From contig OX597820.1 in assembly GCA_951406725.2 (NCBI GenBank), positions 98,518,001 through 98,582,000 of the forward strand: a DNA stretch of 64,000 bases, given 5' to 3'. The notes beneath the pieces were generated by a model. The model was not told where the DNA came from. It was given only the letters and a program-made list of their open reading frames with translations, and did not search any database. Below are positions 25,956 to 37,669 of this stretch, one piece after another (position 1 is the stretch's first letter; every line of letters begins with the position of its first letter). The translations under genes and the position numbers were made by a program. Source of the DNA: Octopus vulgaris (lineage: Eukaryota).

Positions 25956-27138
25956 TTAGTCTGTTGGACACGTGTTGCCACTCAGTTGTTGACGGTGGTC
26001 GCACTGGCTGTGTGGTTGATGAAACTCTTGATACAATAATTGTTGTGAGTTTTTTGTTGTTATTTTCACTCTTGGTTGTTATGGTTATCGTTTCCTTTAC
26101 TTTTTTTATTTCTATTTGTTATATTTACTTTTCTGTTCCCTTCTTTCTTTATTTATTTGTTTATTATTTATTTCTTAATTCGTTTTCAAAGCTGACATAA
26201 CTTGGGACAATGGTAAGCATGACCTTCGTGAAATATATCCAATAACCGAACATGTAATAGCTGTGTATATACCAACAAGAATTAGCAGCCCCTAAGGCAC
26301 AGAAGGTCGAAATGAAATCGTGCGTAGCCAAAAAAAAAACGAAAAAAAAAAAACAAAACATAGAGGCCACTTATACATATATGCATGTAAACTCATGTAC
26401 ATAATATAATATACATACATACACACGTATACGCACGTAGAAAAAATAAACTGAAGAGAAATAAAGTGCCTAGATGAACAGAGGAAATAACGACAATAAC
26501 GAAACAACAGAATTGAAAGAATATACAAAGTTTAACTAGCTAATGATTAAATAATCCTTAACATAATAACCCCTTAAAATCCCAAGACTCTTAGAAATCC
26601 TTTGAAATATAATATTTTTAAGGAGGTGGGGGTTAAATAGTTCGCACACATATATACATGCATATATACACACATATATGTTTGTATACTATTGTATATT
26701 GTGTGTGTGTGTGTGTTTGTAATGTAATGAAAAAGAGAGCAATCTAGAACAGAGAATATAGTTGTCATGAACATTAATTAGAGATTGTTATAGCAATATA
26801 ATATGGAAAGACAAGGTTTCTCTTTTGTTAGAAGAGAACGACAAGAAATATCTTGTAAAATTACATTTATATAGAAAAATAGAAGCAAATAAGGACATTT
26901 ATATTTAAGGTAGAAAATTGAGAAAATTGGTAAACTTTACAAAATAAAATAGCACATTAAATGTGTGACTATAAGTGTGTGTATGAGTGTGTATTATGAT
27001 TGCACTTTCAGATAATGTTTGGTTTTGTATATGATTTTAGACAAAACTCTCCCTACAGACTCATGCCCACACACATACATATATAGAAATCTACACATAC
27101 AAACATATATGTAAATGTATATGTATACATATATATGC

Positions 27139-27174
<36 letters not shown>

Positions 27175-27727
27175 CTTTATATATGTGTGTGATGATGGGG
27201 TGGGATTCAGTTAACGAACGAGAGGGCTTAAGGTACAAAAGGTTTGGGTGAAAATCTGAGGATCTCAAACGTTCTTGCATCATTTCCCATTTTGGCATGG
27301 AAACTTTATACCAACCCCCATCCCCCGATTGATGAATATTTCAAACTATTCACTTCACCCAACCAATTTTTAATTCTCAGAAACTAATAAGAAATACAGA
27401 AGTTCCCTTTAGAAAATTATTTAATGAAAATAATGTGAAATTGTAGCATCAGATGTCTACCACCACCATAACGTTTTTAGATAACATTAGGGCAATTCTG
27501 GCGGCTGGTGTGATGCAGATATTGAAGCAAACAGTGGCACAAATAATGACGCAGGCACATTGTGTTCAACATTACATTTAATCACGAGCTGCTTTGTTTA
27601 TATCCTACCTTCTTTTCGTAGATAGTAAGGTCCTAAAATGGATGAAACTAATATCTATAAAGTAGAACAAGTAAACAAAATTGGTCAGTTTTTCTATATA
27701 TCAGCACGAATAAAATTTGGTTAGTAT

Positions 27728-28112
27728 GGAAGCACTCCGTCGGTTATGACGATGAGGGTTCCGGTTGATCCGAATCAACGGAACAGCCTGCTCGTGAAAT
27801 TAACGTGTAAGTGGCTGAGCACTCCACAGACACGTGCACCCTTAACGTAGTTCGCGGGGATATTCAGCGTGACATAGAGAGTGACAAGGCCGGCCCCTTG
27901 AAATACAGGTACAACAGAAACAGGATGTAAGAGTGAGAGAAAGTTGTGGTGAAAGAGTACAGCAGGGATCACCACCATCCCCTGCCGGAGCCTCGTGGAG
28001 TTTTTAGGTGTTTTCACTCAATAAACACTCACAACGCCCGGTCTGGGAATCGAAACCGCGATCCTATGACCGCGAGTCTGCTGCCCTAACCACTGGGCCA
28101 TTGCGCCTCCAC
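27728..28112 (-). mobile_element. tRNA(Arg)-like SINE (head A + tail 1) with 13-bp TSD
   Basis: Same head as 10595. TSD ATTTGGTTAGTAT at 27715-27727 and 28113-28125. Confidence 0.9.
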
Positions 28113-29666
28113 ATTTGGTTAGTATATTACGATAGTGGATATCTTCTATCAGTCTGTATACAATTACTATGACTCACAGAGGGCTGTTTTATTTATTACT
28201 GTTTCAGCTGAGTACATCGAGTTCTTTTGGCATGTAAATGTGCTGATATAAATGAATAAGGGTTGAAACCAAATGAAACGATTATTGCTTGCGGTAGCTC
28301 TAAATTTTTGATAACACCTCTGCGTAAGTAACGCAGAATATATCTCGTTTTAACTCTAAGTGGACATGCAGTATTCAGTAATCCTTTCCTCCTGATTCTT
28401 ATTTATTGTAATAAATACACCGGACTATCAACATCTACTTGATAAACAATCGAACAAGATCTTATGTTCTGCAGTAACGTTGTCTAATGAAGACTGCAAA
28501 GCCGTCTTCACAGCAGTAACTGCCAGGTACAATAATGCACTGTGATCCCTGCGTGCACAATCACAATCTACATACAATAGCATTGAGCACTAGACACGTG
28601 TTCTCCAGCCGGGAAACTGTCTGGCTATGCTCATGAAGACAATACTGATTCAGCGGGCAAATTAGACAAGCCTAATATTTTATCCTGTCAGATGTCTCCT
28701 AAACATCGATTGTCCCAGCTGAAGAAATTTTCAAACAAAGAAACCAATAAAAGCGCCACTGTGTGATAATTCAACCTGTTAGATATAATAGCAAAATCTC
28801 CGTTAACCCCTTTACCTGTCCAAAGCATTTTCAGTAGTTTGTCCTAAGCGTCCATGCTTGTTTTTAGACTTTTAGTTAAGCCTTGTTTCAAACATTCAGT
28901 GAGATATAAATCTTTCCTTCCATAAGTCCGAAGTTACTCTGGTGATTGAAAAAATTTGGGAATGTTTATCATACGTGATACATGGACACCAGGAATATAT
29001 GTGCTGTGTATCACCTGTTATACGCAGGAAAAGTAAAATGTTAATTCATAGATAGCCTCTTGTCTTAAGAGAGGAATAACAGATTGGATAATGATGTCCT
29101 AAATTCACCGTGTTTCATAAAGAAAGGAAAAATAAATCAATAGAATCACGGTTAAGAATCGTTTAATCATGGGTCAATGCAATCAGAACTGACCTCGGAT
29201 TAAACTACATCAACTTCTAAACAACTCTGGTGCCGGGTACGTAAGTTATTCATATATGAAACCATATATCATAGAAACTGAAAAGTTTTCACATACACAT
29301 GGGAACGAACCAGTAATAATTCCAGAACTTATTTGCTTACTAATATAATAAATTAAATTTTGATATTCTTTAATAAATACTAATAAATTGTGTGTGAAAC
29401 ACTCAAGGAATGCTTCGAAGCAACATGATATTAAAAAACATCTAAATATAGTAGCGAAACAAAAAGTCAAGTCATGTCTTACGAAACTGGAAATTAAAAT
29501 CGTTAAACCGACATATGTTTTCTTTAAGTAATATGCACTTACATACACACACCTACACACACATGTATATACAGAGAAACACATATACGTGTGCAACATA
29601 TGTATATATATATATATGAACATACAGAGAAACATATTTACGTGCGCATATTTATATACATATGCA

Positions 29667-29716
<50 letters not shown>

Positions 29717-29805
29717 ATGTATGTATGTATATATATGTATAAGTATGTATATATATATATGTATGTATATATATGTATATGTATGTATATATATGTATAA
29801 GTATG

Positions 29806-29839
<34 letters not shown>

Positions 29840-30247
29840 CTTGTGTGTGTACATGTATGTCAGTGAGTGTGCGTGTGTGTGCGTGGCGTGGTAATTAGTA
29901 CAGTTGTAATCCGTCGTAATGCAGCCGTGGGGAGAGGTGCTGATTTCGTGGGGACTTAACATGACTCCCTGTTGTCTTGCAAATGTTCTCAGGATCCATC
30001 ATGACCTGAAAATAAGCATAGACATGTAAATTTGTATCAGTCTATGTGTATAAATACATATGTGTGTGTGTGTGTGTCTGTATTTGTATATAGATAGATA
30101 GACAGATAGAAAGATAGACAGACAGACGGACAGATAGATTAATAGATAGATATACATATATATAAATACGTGTATATATAAACTAACACACACACACACA
30201 TATGCATGTATGTCTGTTTGTATGTATGTATGTATGTGTATTATATA

Positions 30248-31130
30248 TAGAGTGTTCGGTTTAAATTTGACGACTTTTATATCTTCTTTTTTAGGAACAA
30301 GTTGATATATTGATGAACAGTCAACAGCGTTGGAGAGCATAGAGTTTAAAGTTGTAGCTGAGAAAAAATTAGCTGACATGGAGGACTACTTTAATATTGG
30401 GAAAGCAGCTATCTGTATCATGGTGATTTATGCCGGGTTTCAAAATACCGACATTTTGGCAGCTCTTCAGTGATCTGTGAACACTATAAACGCAGTAAGA
30501 TGGACGGCTGCAACAGAGGAACGAGCCGTAGCCAGCAGGAAGGAACGCAAGAAGGTTCTCACTACGTACGCACGACATAATTCATCTAAAAACTTATGAA
30601 CACTGCAATAAGATCAATGCAGACAGCGAGAGACTGTGATCAAAACTTGGCTGCAGAGAGCTGCTGATGGAAGGTCATATGTGTGGCAGCAGAATTCAGC
30701 TCCTTGACATACATCTATAAGGAGTCACAAGTGATTGTTGAAGAATTTCTATGACTTCATCAGCCCCAATTTCTAGCCTCCTAATCCCGCTAAATGTAAT
30801 TCCATTACATTTAGTATGTTTGTAGTGCGGTTGAGAAAGACTCCAACTGCCCCTCGTGCAACACCAAGTTCGAGCTGGTGGCCATGATCAAGGAGGTGTT
30901 CGGAGATATTCCGAGATAAGTTGAGGAGGATATGCGCCAGTTTCTGGAGCTGTCTTGAGGTTGTGGCGGAAGCTAAGGGCAGTTACGTTGAGTAAGCTAT
31001 CATGTCTCAGCCATAATCCAATTGATAATTTTTGATTTTTTAAAAACACTCTTATTTTTGGATGCGATAATATGTTTCTTTCTCCTTATAAGCAAACTAA
31101 AATCGGGCCATTCATGCAAACTGTCAAATA
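30248..31130 (+). mobile_element. Decayed maT/DD37D-like transposon fragment
   Basis: Remnants GRSYVWQQNSAP*HTS, NFYDFISPNF*PPN and NTKFELVAMIKEVF, similar to 4703-5945; starts next to TA. Confidence 0.55.
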
Positions 31131-31151
31131 TGTATATATATATATATATAT

Positions 31152-31246
31152 ATGGGGAGAATTTACGAAAAAAACAAAAGACGAAGACAGGTGGTGTAGA
31201 AAACAAACAGATGTATTAGTTTAACGCTCAGGAATAGAAAAAGTCT
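31152..31246 (-). mobile_element. 3'-terminal fragment of a PLE1-related subfamily in (TA)n
   Basis: CAAAAGACGAAGACAGGTGG...GAAAACAAAC...TGTATTAGT...CGCTCAGGAA matches 14823-14925. Confidence 0.7.
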
Positions 31247-31488
31247 ATATATACTTTATGATAAGTGGTTCACACAGGACTAGTTCTCCTGCATTTCTGG
31301 CCGATTTATCCAAGTAATGATGAATTCTCCAGGAATGGATCAATTCGAATCATGTATGAGTCATTTATGAATTAAATAAATGTATATTCTACAATGGCTA
31401 CGGACCGCGTAGAGCCACGGGAAAAAAATTCCTAGACGGTAACACAAAGAGGATCATCGTACTCACACACACTCTCACGCACACACGT

Positions 31489-31525
<37 letters not shown>

Positions 31526-31792
31526 TGTGTGTATACATTTATGTAGTCTACAAGTTCGTAGTTTCAATTTCCAGACAGCCATCGCATTGTGTACTTGTCC
31601 AAAATCCTTCATTTCACGTTATTTAAATGGAGTAAGCCTGAAACAGATTCCCGCTCCATTGAGGTCCGTGCGAATTTTGGCCTGCCAACCACAAACCACC
31701 GAAGTGGCATCATTTGAAAAGCTGCAAGAATGTGAAGAAGTGCATTGTGACTGGCGATATATAACATCCAATAATTTGCTCAATGCAGTGAA

Positions 31793-31828
<36 letters not shown>

Positions 31829-31913
31829 ATAATCAAAAAAAAGCGACATATATATATATATATATATATATGTATATGCACATATATATACATATATATA
31901 CGTATGTGTATAC

Positions 31914-31950
<37 letters not shown>

Positions 31951-32340
31951 TTCAGATATATACACTCATATAAATATACATATATACATATATGTACACA
32001 TATGCATACACGCAAACACATACACATATATGTATTTGTGTGTGTGTCTCTGTGTGTGTTTGTATCATTTGTGTATATATGTGTGTATCTAAATATATGT
32101 ATGCTTATATGTGTACTTCTTATTGACTTTGTGTTTATAATTTGTTCCCATGTGACTGATACCTGTTTACACAAGGCGTTGCTGTATGTACACAGGTGGC
32201 TGCATTTGCATGTAGGAAGATAAACACGCATGTGGTAATATTTGTGTGAACCTCGTTGTAGACTAGTGACTCGTGGAAGACATGTGCATGTACATATTAT
32301 TAAACAAGTGTTATGTAAATATGTTGTTATATAATTTATG

Positions 32341-32552
32341 TAGGGTGCGGCAAAAAAACATCCTATTTAACATTCTTAATAAACAATTCATCTGCAAAAG
32401 CATGTTGTCTCCGAATCGAAACCATAACAGTAACTGCAACACAAGAACAGTACAATATTATCTACGAATAGATACCATTAACACCGGTTTAACGTCCGTA
32501 GCGCCAAAGTAATGGCCATATAAAATGTTGAAGGTTTTTCTGCTGCACTTTA
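32341..32552. mobile_element. Possible short Tc1/mariner MITE
   Basis: Degenerate TIRs TAGGGTGCGGCAAAAAAAC and GGTTTTTCTGCTGCACTTTA. Confidence 0.4.
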
Positions 32553-32857
32553 TACATACACGCCAACTCCCCAACGCATGTGTCTTTGTGTGGTAATTAG
32601 GAATGTAACAGAATTAAATTGTAGGGACTCGACATGACTCCCTGTGGTCTTGCAAATGCTTTAGCATCAAACATTCTCTTTTATTCTTTAACTTGTTTCA
32701 GTCATTTGATTGTGGTCATGCTGGAGCACCGCCTTTAGTCGAGCACTTCGATCCCCGTGACTTATTCTTTGTAATGACTAATTTCAATTTCTACTCTTAC
32801 TGCATGGTGCGTAAATATACTATAAATAGAGCCACTCTAGCAGATCGTGAAGAATCT
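32550..32857. repeat. 308-bp direct duplication, copy 1 (copy 2 at 33664-33971)
   Basis: Near-identical from TTATACATA(C/T)ACGCCAACTCCCC to GATCGTGAAGAATCT. Confidence 0.92.
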
Positions 32858-33286
32858 ATAGAGAATATTTTATGTTGAGTTTTTAGATTTAGTCGAGATT
32901 CGTTAATTTAATATCATTTTCTATTTTTCCATGACCCTCTTTCAGTTTGTTCTAGATATTTTACATTTTTGCTGTATTTCTGATCTGTTTTATGCCTAAG
33001 AATAGATAATTGATGTGTATGAGTCTTTTACAAAATGTAATTCTGGAAAATCTTGTCTTACTCATTTTGCCCCAACTAAATTTGCCATAAGGGAACGGCG
33101 ATAATTTTCTGAAATAGTGATCAGATAGTTATGATACTTTTAATGCCTTTATGGAAGGTCATTCGTTTGGCTGATATAGGTTTTGTAAGGTAGTGAACAT
33201 TTGTAAAAATATATATTTTGACTCAGAGTAAAAAATGCAGTAAATATTACTTATTCAGGACCACCTCACCAACCCCTTTATATAAT

Positions 33287-33575
33287 AAACAATTGCAGCG
33301 TGGAAGGTGTTTGTAAGCCATTTAAGAAACACACAAAAGCCGTTGGATTCACTTCAACATTTAAGTTTAATTTGTCAAAATATTTTTGACAGTAAACAGG
33401 TCGCGGTCTTAAAGCGACGAAAATATTTTGACAAATTAAACTTAAATGTTGAAATGAATCGAACGGCTTTTGTGTGTTTCTTAAATGGCTTACAAACACC
33501 TTCCACGCTGCAATTGTTTTCGTTTCAGCACACGATCTCAAATCAAATCACTTGCTATGCAAGTACATCTCCGTA

Positions 33576-33577
<2 letters not shown>
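33287..33577 (+). mobile_element. Fold-back PLE-like 3' fragment (~100-bp arms) with a central hammerhead-like motif
   Basis: 33287-33387 is the reverse complement of 33420-33519. A short unique tail runs to (TA)n at ~33577. Centre reads GTAAACA-G-GTCGC-(9 nt)-GCGAC-GAAA-ATAT-TT. Confidence 0.65.
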
Positions 33578-33609
<32 letters not shown>

Positions 33610-33971
33610 AAGTTAATCCAAACAAGAAAACAAAAAAGACAACAACGCGAGGATGTGGAACAATTATACATATACGCCAACTCCCCAACGCATGTGTCTT
33701 TGTGTGGTAATTAGGAATGTAACAGAATTAAATTGTAGGGACTCGACATGACTCCCTGTGGTCTTGCAAATGCTTCAGCATCAAACATTCTCTTTTATTC
33801 TTTAACTTGTTTCAGTCATTTGATTGTGGCCATGCTGGAGCACCGCCTTTAGTCGAGCACTTCGATCCCCGTGACTTATTCTTTGTAATGACTAATTTCA
33901 ATTTCTACTCTTACTGCATGGTGCGTAAATATACTATAAATAGAGCCACTCTAGCAGATCGTGAAGAATCT

Positions 33972-36800
33972 CGAGGACTGCCACCAAGTGCCGATGGTCG
34001 ACCCTATCAAGTGCTTTAGACTGGTCTAAATGTTGCAGTGCCTCCCCCCCACCGCACCAGAAAGTTTTCTCACCCTCTCTAAAGAGTAGCGTATAAGGTG
34101 GAGATTGTCGTGGATCGACCTGCCCGGGATAGCGCACGTTTGCACTTCTCCTACAAGTCCGTCCACGACCCGCGCCAACATTTTCGCTAGTACCTTTTCC
34201 AAAATCTTTAATTCAGTGTTCAACAGAGTTATGGGCCTGAAATTTCTTATTTCGTCCCCCTTGCTCGTGTCCTTCTTGATCAACGTCACCACCCCTCGGC
34301 TTGCAGACTTGGGAATTCTCCCATTCTGCTGCCAATTGGTGTATATGCTAGCCAGCAGGTACCCGAACAAGTCTGGCATAATTTTAAAAATTCATAGGGT
34401 AGACCATCGAGGCCCGGCGACTTCTCCCCGGGGCATTCGCCTAATACCTCGATCCCCTCCTCGGCTGTGATTGGCCCTTCACAGAACTCAGCCTCTCGTG
34501 TCCACAGACACGGGCTGCCAGACAGGAAGTCCCTGAGGGCCTCACCATGATCCAGCGTCCCGCCCCTCCCGAACAACTCAGCGAAGTGCTTGTAAAGTGC
34601 CTCACACATCTTGTCCTGTCCCTCGACCGAAATCCCATCGTCATCAACAAGAGACCATATTGTGGCATCATTGCCACACTGGGTTTCTACCGTACGGGCC
34701 CCTCCGGCAACATTAATTCCCACGGGGCCCAATGCGCGCACTTTAACCCGAACTCTGCACCCCTCATGTTTGGCTTAGAGGTGACGGTCCAAAGCCGTTC
34801 TCTCAGCCAGAATGTGAGATGCAGAGCCCAACCTCAACGACTCCTCTAAGTCATTAACTTGCTGACCTTCTATTCTAGCCTTATCTAGTCTTAGCTGGTG
34901 GCTAAACCTAACAGACTCGAAACGAATGGCTCTTTTGAGGGCGAACCACCACCGGTTATTAACCACAGCGCCGGTTAACGCCCTCTATACTAGCTCTTTA
35001 ATCTGGCTACGGTATGCCTCACAAGTCAAAATAGACTTGTACAGCTTCCAGTGGCCGGATCCTCTCTTAACTGTTCTATCTATGTTCAGCCTACACTTAA
35101 CCATTGTATGGTCAGTGTAGGACACCTGAACAAGCTGTGGACAACTAAAGCTAGCCTTATCTGTAGCCTTATGACTATCCTGTCTAAGTAAGGCTTGAGC
35201 CTTCCGTTGCCATTAATCCAGGTCCTCTCTGGGAGTTTCGGATGGTCAAGCATGTACTGATCTGCTAGATGAAAGCGCTTAAGCAGATCTACGTGAGTTC
35301 GCTTTCCTACCAGTCAAGCCAACGCTGTCAATGCGCGCGTCAACGATAGCATTAAAGTCTCCAACACCACTAATATCTTCGACGTCACGAGAAAGTTCTT
35401 TAGGCGCCGATAAAAGTCAGTTTGGAATCATCTAGCACAAGGTGCAGAGAGTCCGATCAACCTGAAGGCCTTACTGCTGTATGTCACATCAAAGACGACC
35501 AGCCCACCTTCAGGGTAGACCCTGAAGGTGGGCTGGTCGTACTTGTCTGCAGATCCAAGCAGACAAGTACGATCATAGACCGTACTTGTCTGCAGATGCA
35601 AGCCTTTGCGGATCAGTACCACTACACCCCCACGTCCTCCGGTCTGGCCAGGAGACATGATTTTCTCATAGCCATTCTGGAGAAGCGAAAACGTTTGTAG
35701 ACTGTCCAGCTTGGTCTCTGTAGCACCCACCACATGTATATCGTGTGATCTGAGATCGTCGAGAAAACAAGCTTGCTTCCACTTCGAACTCAGACCACGC
35801 ACATTCAAACAACTAAGGTTAAGTGCAGTCATTACTTAAAAATCAAAGGTTCTACTTACTCTTTACAGGTGACGTTGGGACTGACCTTACCACACGTGTG
35901 TCAGCCCCTCCCCCCTCCTTCTTCTTTAGATAATTTGTCAGATCTAGAATTCTCCAAATGGCCTTCGGATGCCTTTCCTTCAGTTGCCTGTATAGGGTTT
36001 CCTCTGTCAAGGCACATCTCTCCTTAAGGTCCTTGGGCATGGCATACAGTCTTGTCGTGTGGTGTGTTGCTATAATGTCATTTATATCTTTATTTCGAGT
36101 ATCAAACTCGATTAGCACCGGTTTATCTTTTTTTCTGGGACAACTGGGCAGGGTCTTTTTTCCTGTCTGTGGTGCTAAATCTTTATTACTTTTTGTGGGG
36201 GATACGGATGGGGATGGTGCATCATTCTCTTTCTCACAACAGTATATTCTTCCTTTGCCACTTCCATGAGGTTGTCCGGGGAGTTGCACTTTTTCCTTCT
36301 GGTGCCAATAAATTCAAGGGGACGGGTATTTTTGTTTTCGTTGGGGTTTGTATGTGCAGGGGTTGAGTTATTGAAGTGTTTTGTTCAGGGGCCGGCACCG
36401 CAGTTGGGGGATTGATAATTTTTACTTGTGTGGGAGCTGGTGTGTGTGTGTAGGCTTGGGGACAATTTTGGGGGTTTGTGTAGAGCCTGGTGTCTGCGCC
36501 ATTTTGTCTGTTTCAATTTTCTCTTTTTCTCTTTTTTTTCCTGTCTTCACCGTCTATACGAATGTGGCCTTATTTCCCACATTCGTAACAGGTGGGCTTC
36601 CTACCCTACACCTGAATTCTAAGGACCACATTCTATCCCACGAGCACTCTCTCAGGAAGCATTTGAATATCTTTCTGCGACACCTGAACAATTGCTGAAA
36701 TGCTCTGCCCGAACCAATTCGGGGGTGGAGGGGGGTAGAAGAGCATGTAATTTGAAGGAATTTTATTCTGTCCTCCATGTTAATCAATAAGGCAGCCATA
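33972..36800 (-). mobile_element. Decayed non-LTR retrotransposon, Tx1/L1 group (ORF1 zinc knuckle, APE, N-terminal RT), 3'-truncated
   Basis: ORF1 remnant TCYECGK*GHIRID. APE start MTALNLSCLNVRGL...ETKL at 35832. RT motifs KSPGLDGLPYEF, NFRPITLLNTELKIL, QTCAIPGRSIHDNLHLIR and LDQSKALDRVDH. Multiple frameshifts. Confidence 0.88.
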
Positions 36801-36987
36801 ACCAACCCCTCTCCTTTGGTTTTGATAAAATGAAATACAGTTCAAGTATTGAGGTCGATATATTATTTAGCTAACTTCCTTTCGTCAAGTATTCTGTCTG
36901 TCTGAGTTTGTTACAAAGATTATGTTTTACTAACAGTATATGTGTATATATATACACACGAAATAAGCAACAAGAATGACTCCGGTC

Positions 36988-37076
36988 ATTTGGTACGATC
37001 GTTTCGTACTACATCATTTTATTAAATGTTGTAAGTATTACAACAGTTTTAAAATGCTGAGCACTCATCAGCGAAT
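36988..37076 (-). ncRNA. Type-I hammerhead motif with canonical CUGAUGA core and ~60-nt helix II
   Basis: Minus strand: TTCG-CTGATGA-GTGCT...TGTTGTAA-TAC-TTACAACA...AGTAC-GAAA-CGATCG-TA-CCAA. Lies in a ~250-bp segment between TA-rich tracts. Confidence 0.75.
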
Positions 37077-37669
37077 TATAGAGGTTTTCCATTAATACAA
37101 AAACTTTCATATCAAGTGGCAACATTATAGAGAAGGTAGATATATAGACAAAGATGTGGATTTAAATTTTCAGAACATTTGAGGTAGTGGAGCCCATCAA
37201 CTGACTATATATATATATATATATATATATTGTTATATTTCAGAATGGTCATTTTGCCAGTTTAGCCAATAAAAACACACGCACTATATATTTGGTGTTA
37301 CTTTGCTTCAGTGTTATTTATTTTTTACATTAATCTTAATCTTATTTCGGCCAGAGTTCTTTCGTCACACTCCTGTGACCGCATCAGTGGTCCTTTGTTT
37401 TCTTCTTACTTATTTGTGTCTCTCCTTACTAACCGTCAGCCATTTTGTATTTCTATTGTATGTCTTCATTTGCGCATGCTTATATCTCTATGTGCGTTTA
37501 TGTTTATTTAGTGTGTGTATGTGGGGGATGCCTGTAATATTTGTATCTTCTGTTTATATATGTTCATGTAATTTGTAATTTTATATGTTCATGTAATTTG
37601 TATTTTGTATTTTGTTTTTTGCTTTTTGTTTTTGTTTTTGTTTTTGTTGTTTTTGTTTATTCTTACTGC

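Noticed and set aside
28474-28530. Possible small host exon (ctgcag...AG/gtacaa)
   Set aside because: Only generic splice-like dinucleotides; no recognisable protein or partner exons.
37541-37669. Hydrophobic N-terminus of the 824-aa ORF call
   Set aside because: It is the antisense of the element's own 3' UTR (inverted pseudo-LTR), fused by the inversion; not a signal or transmembrane segment.
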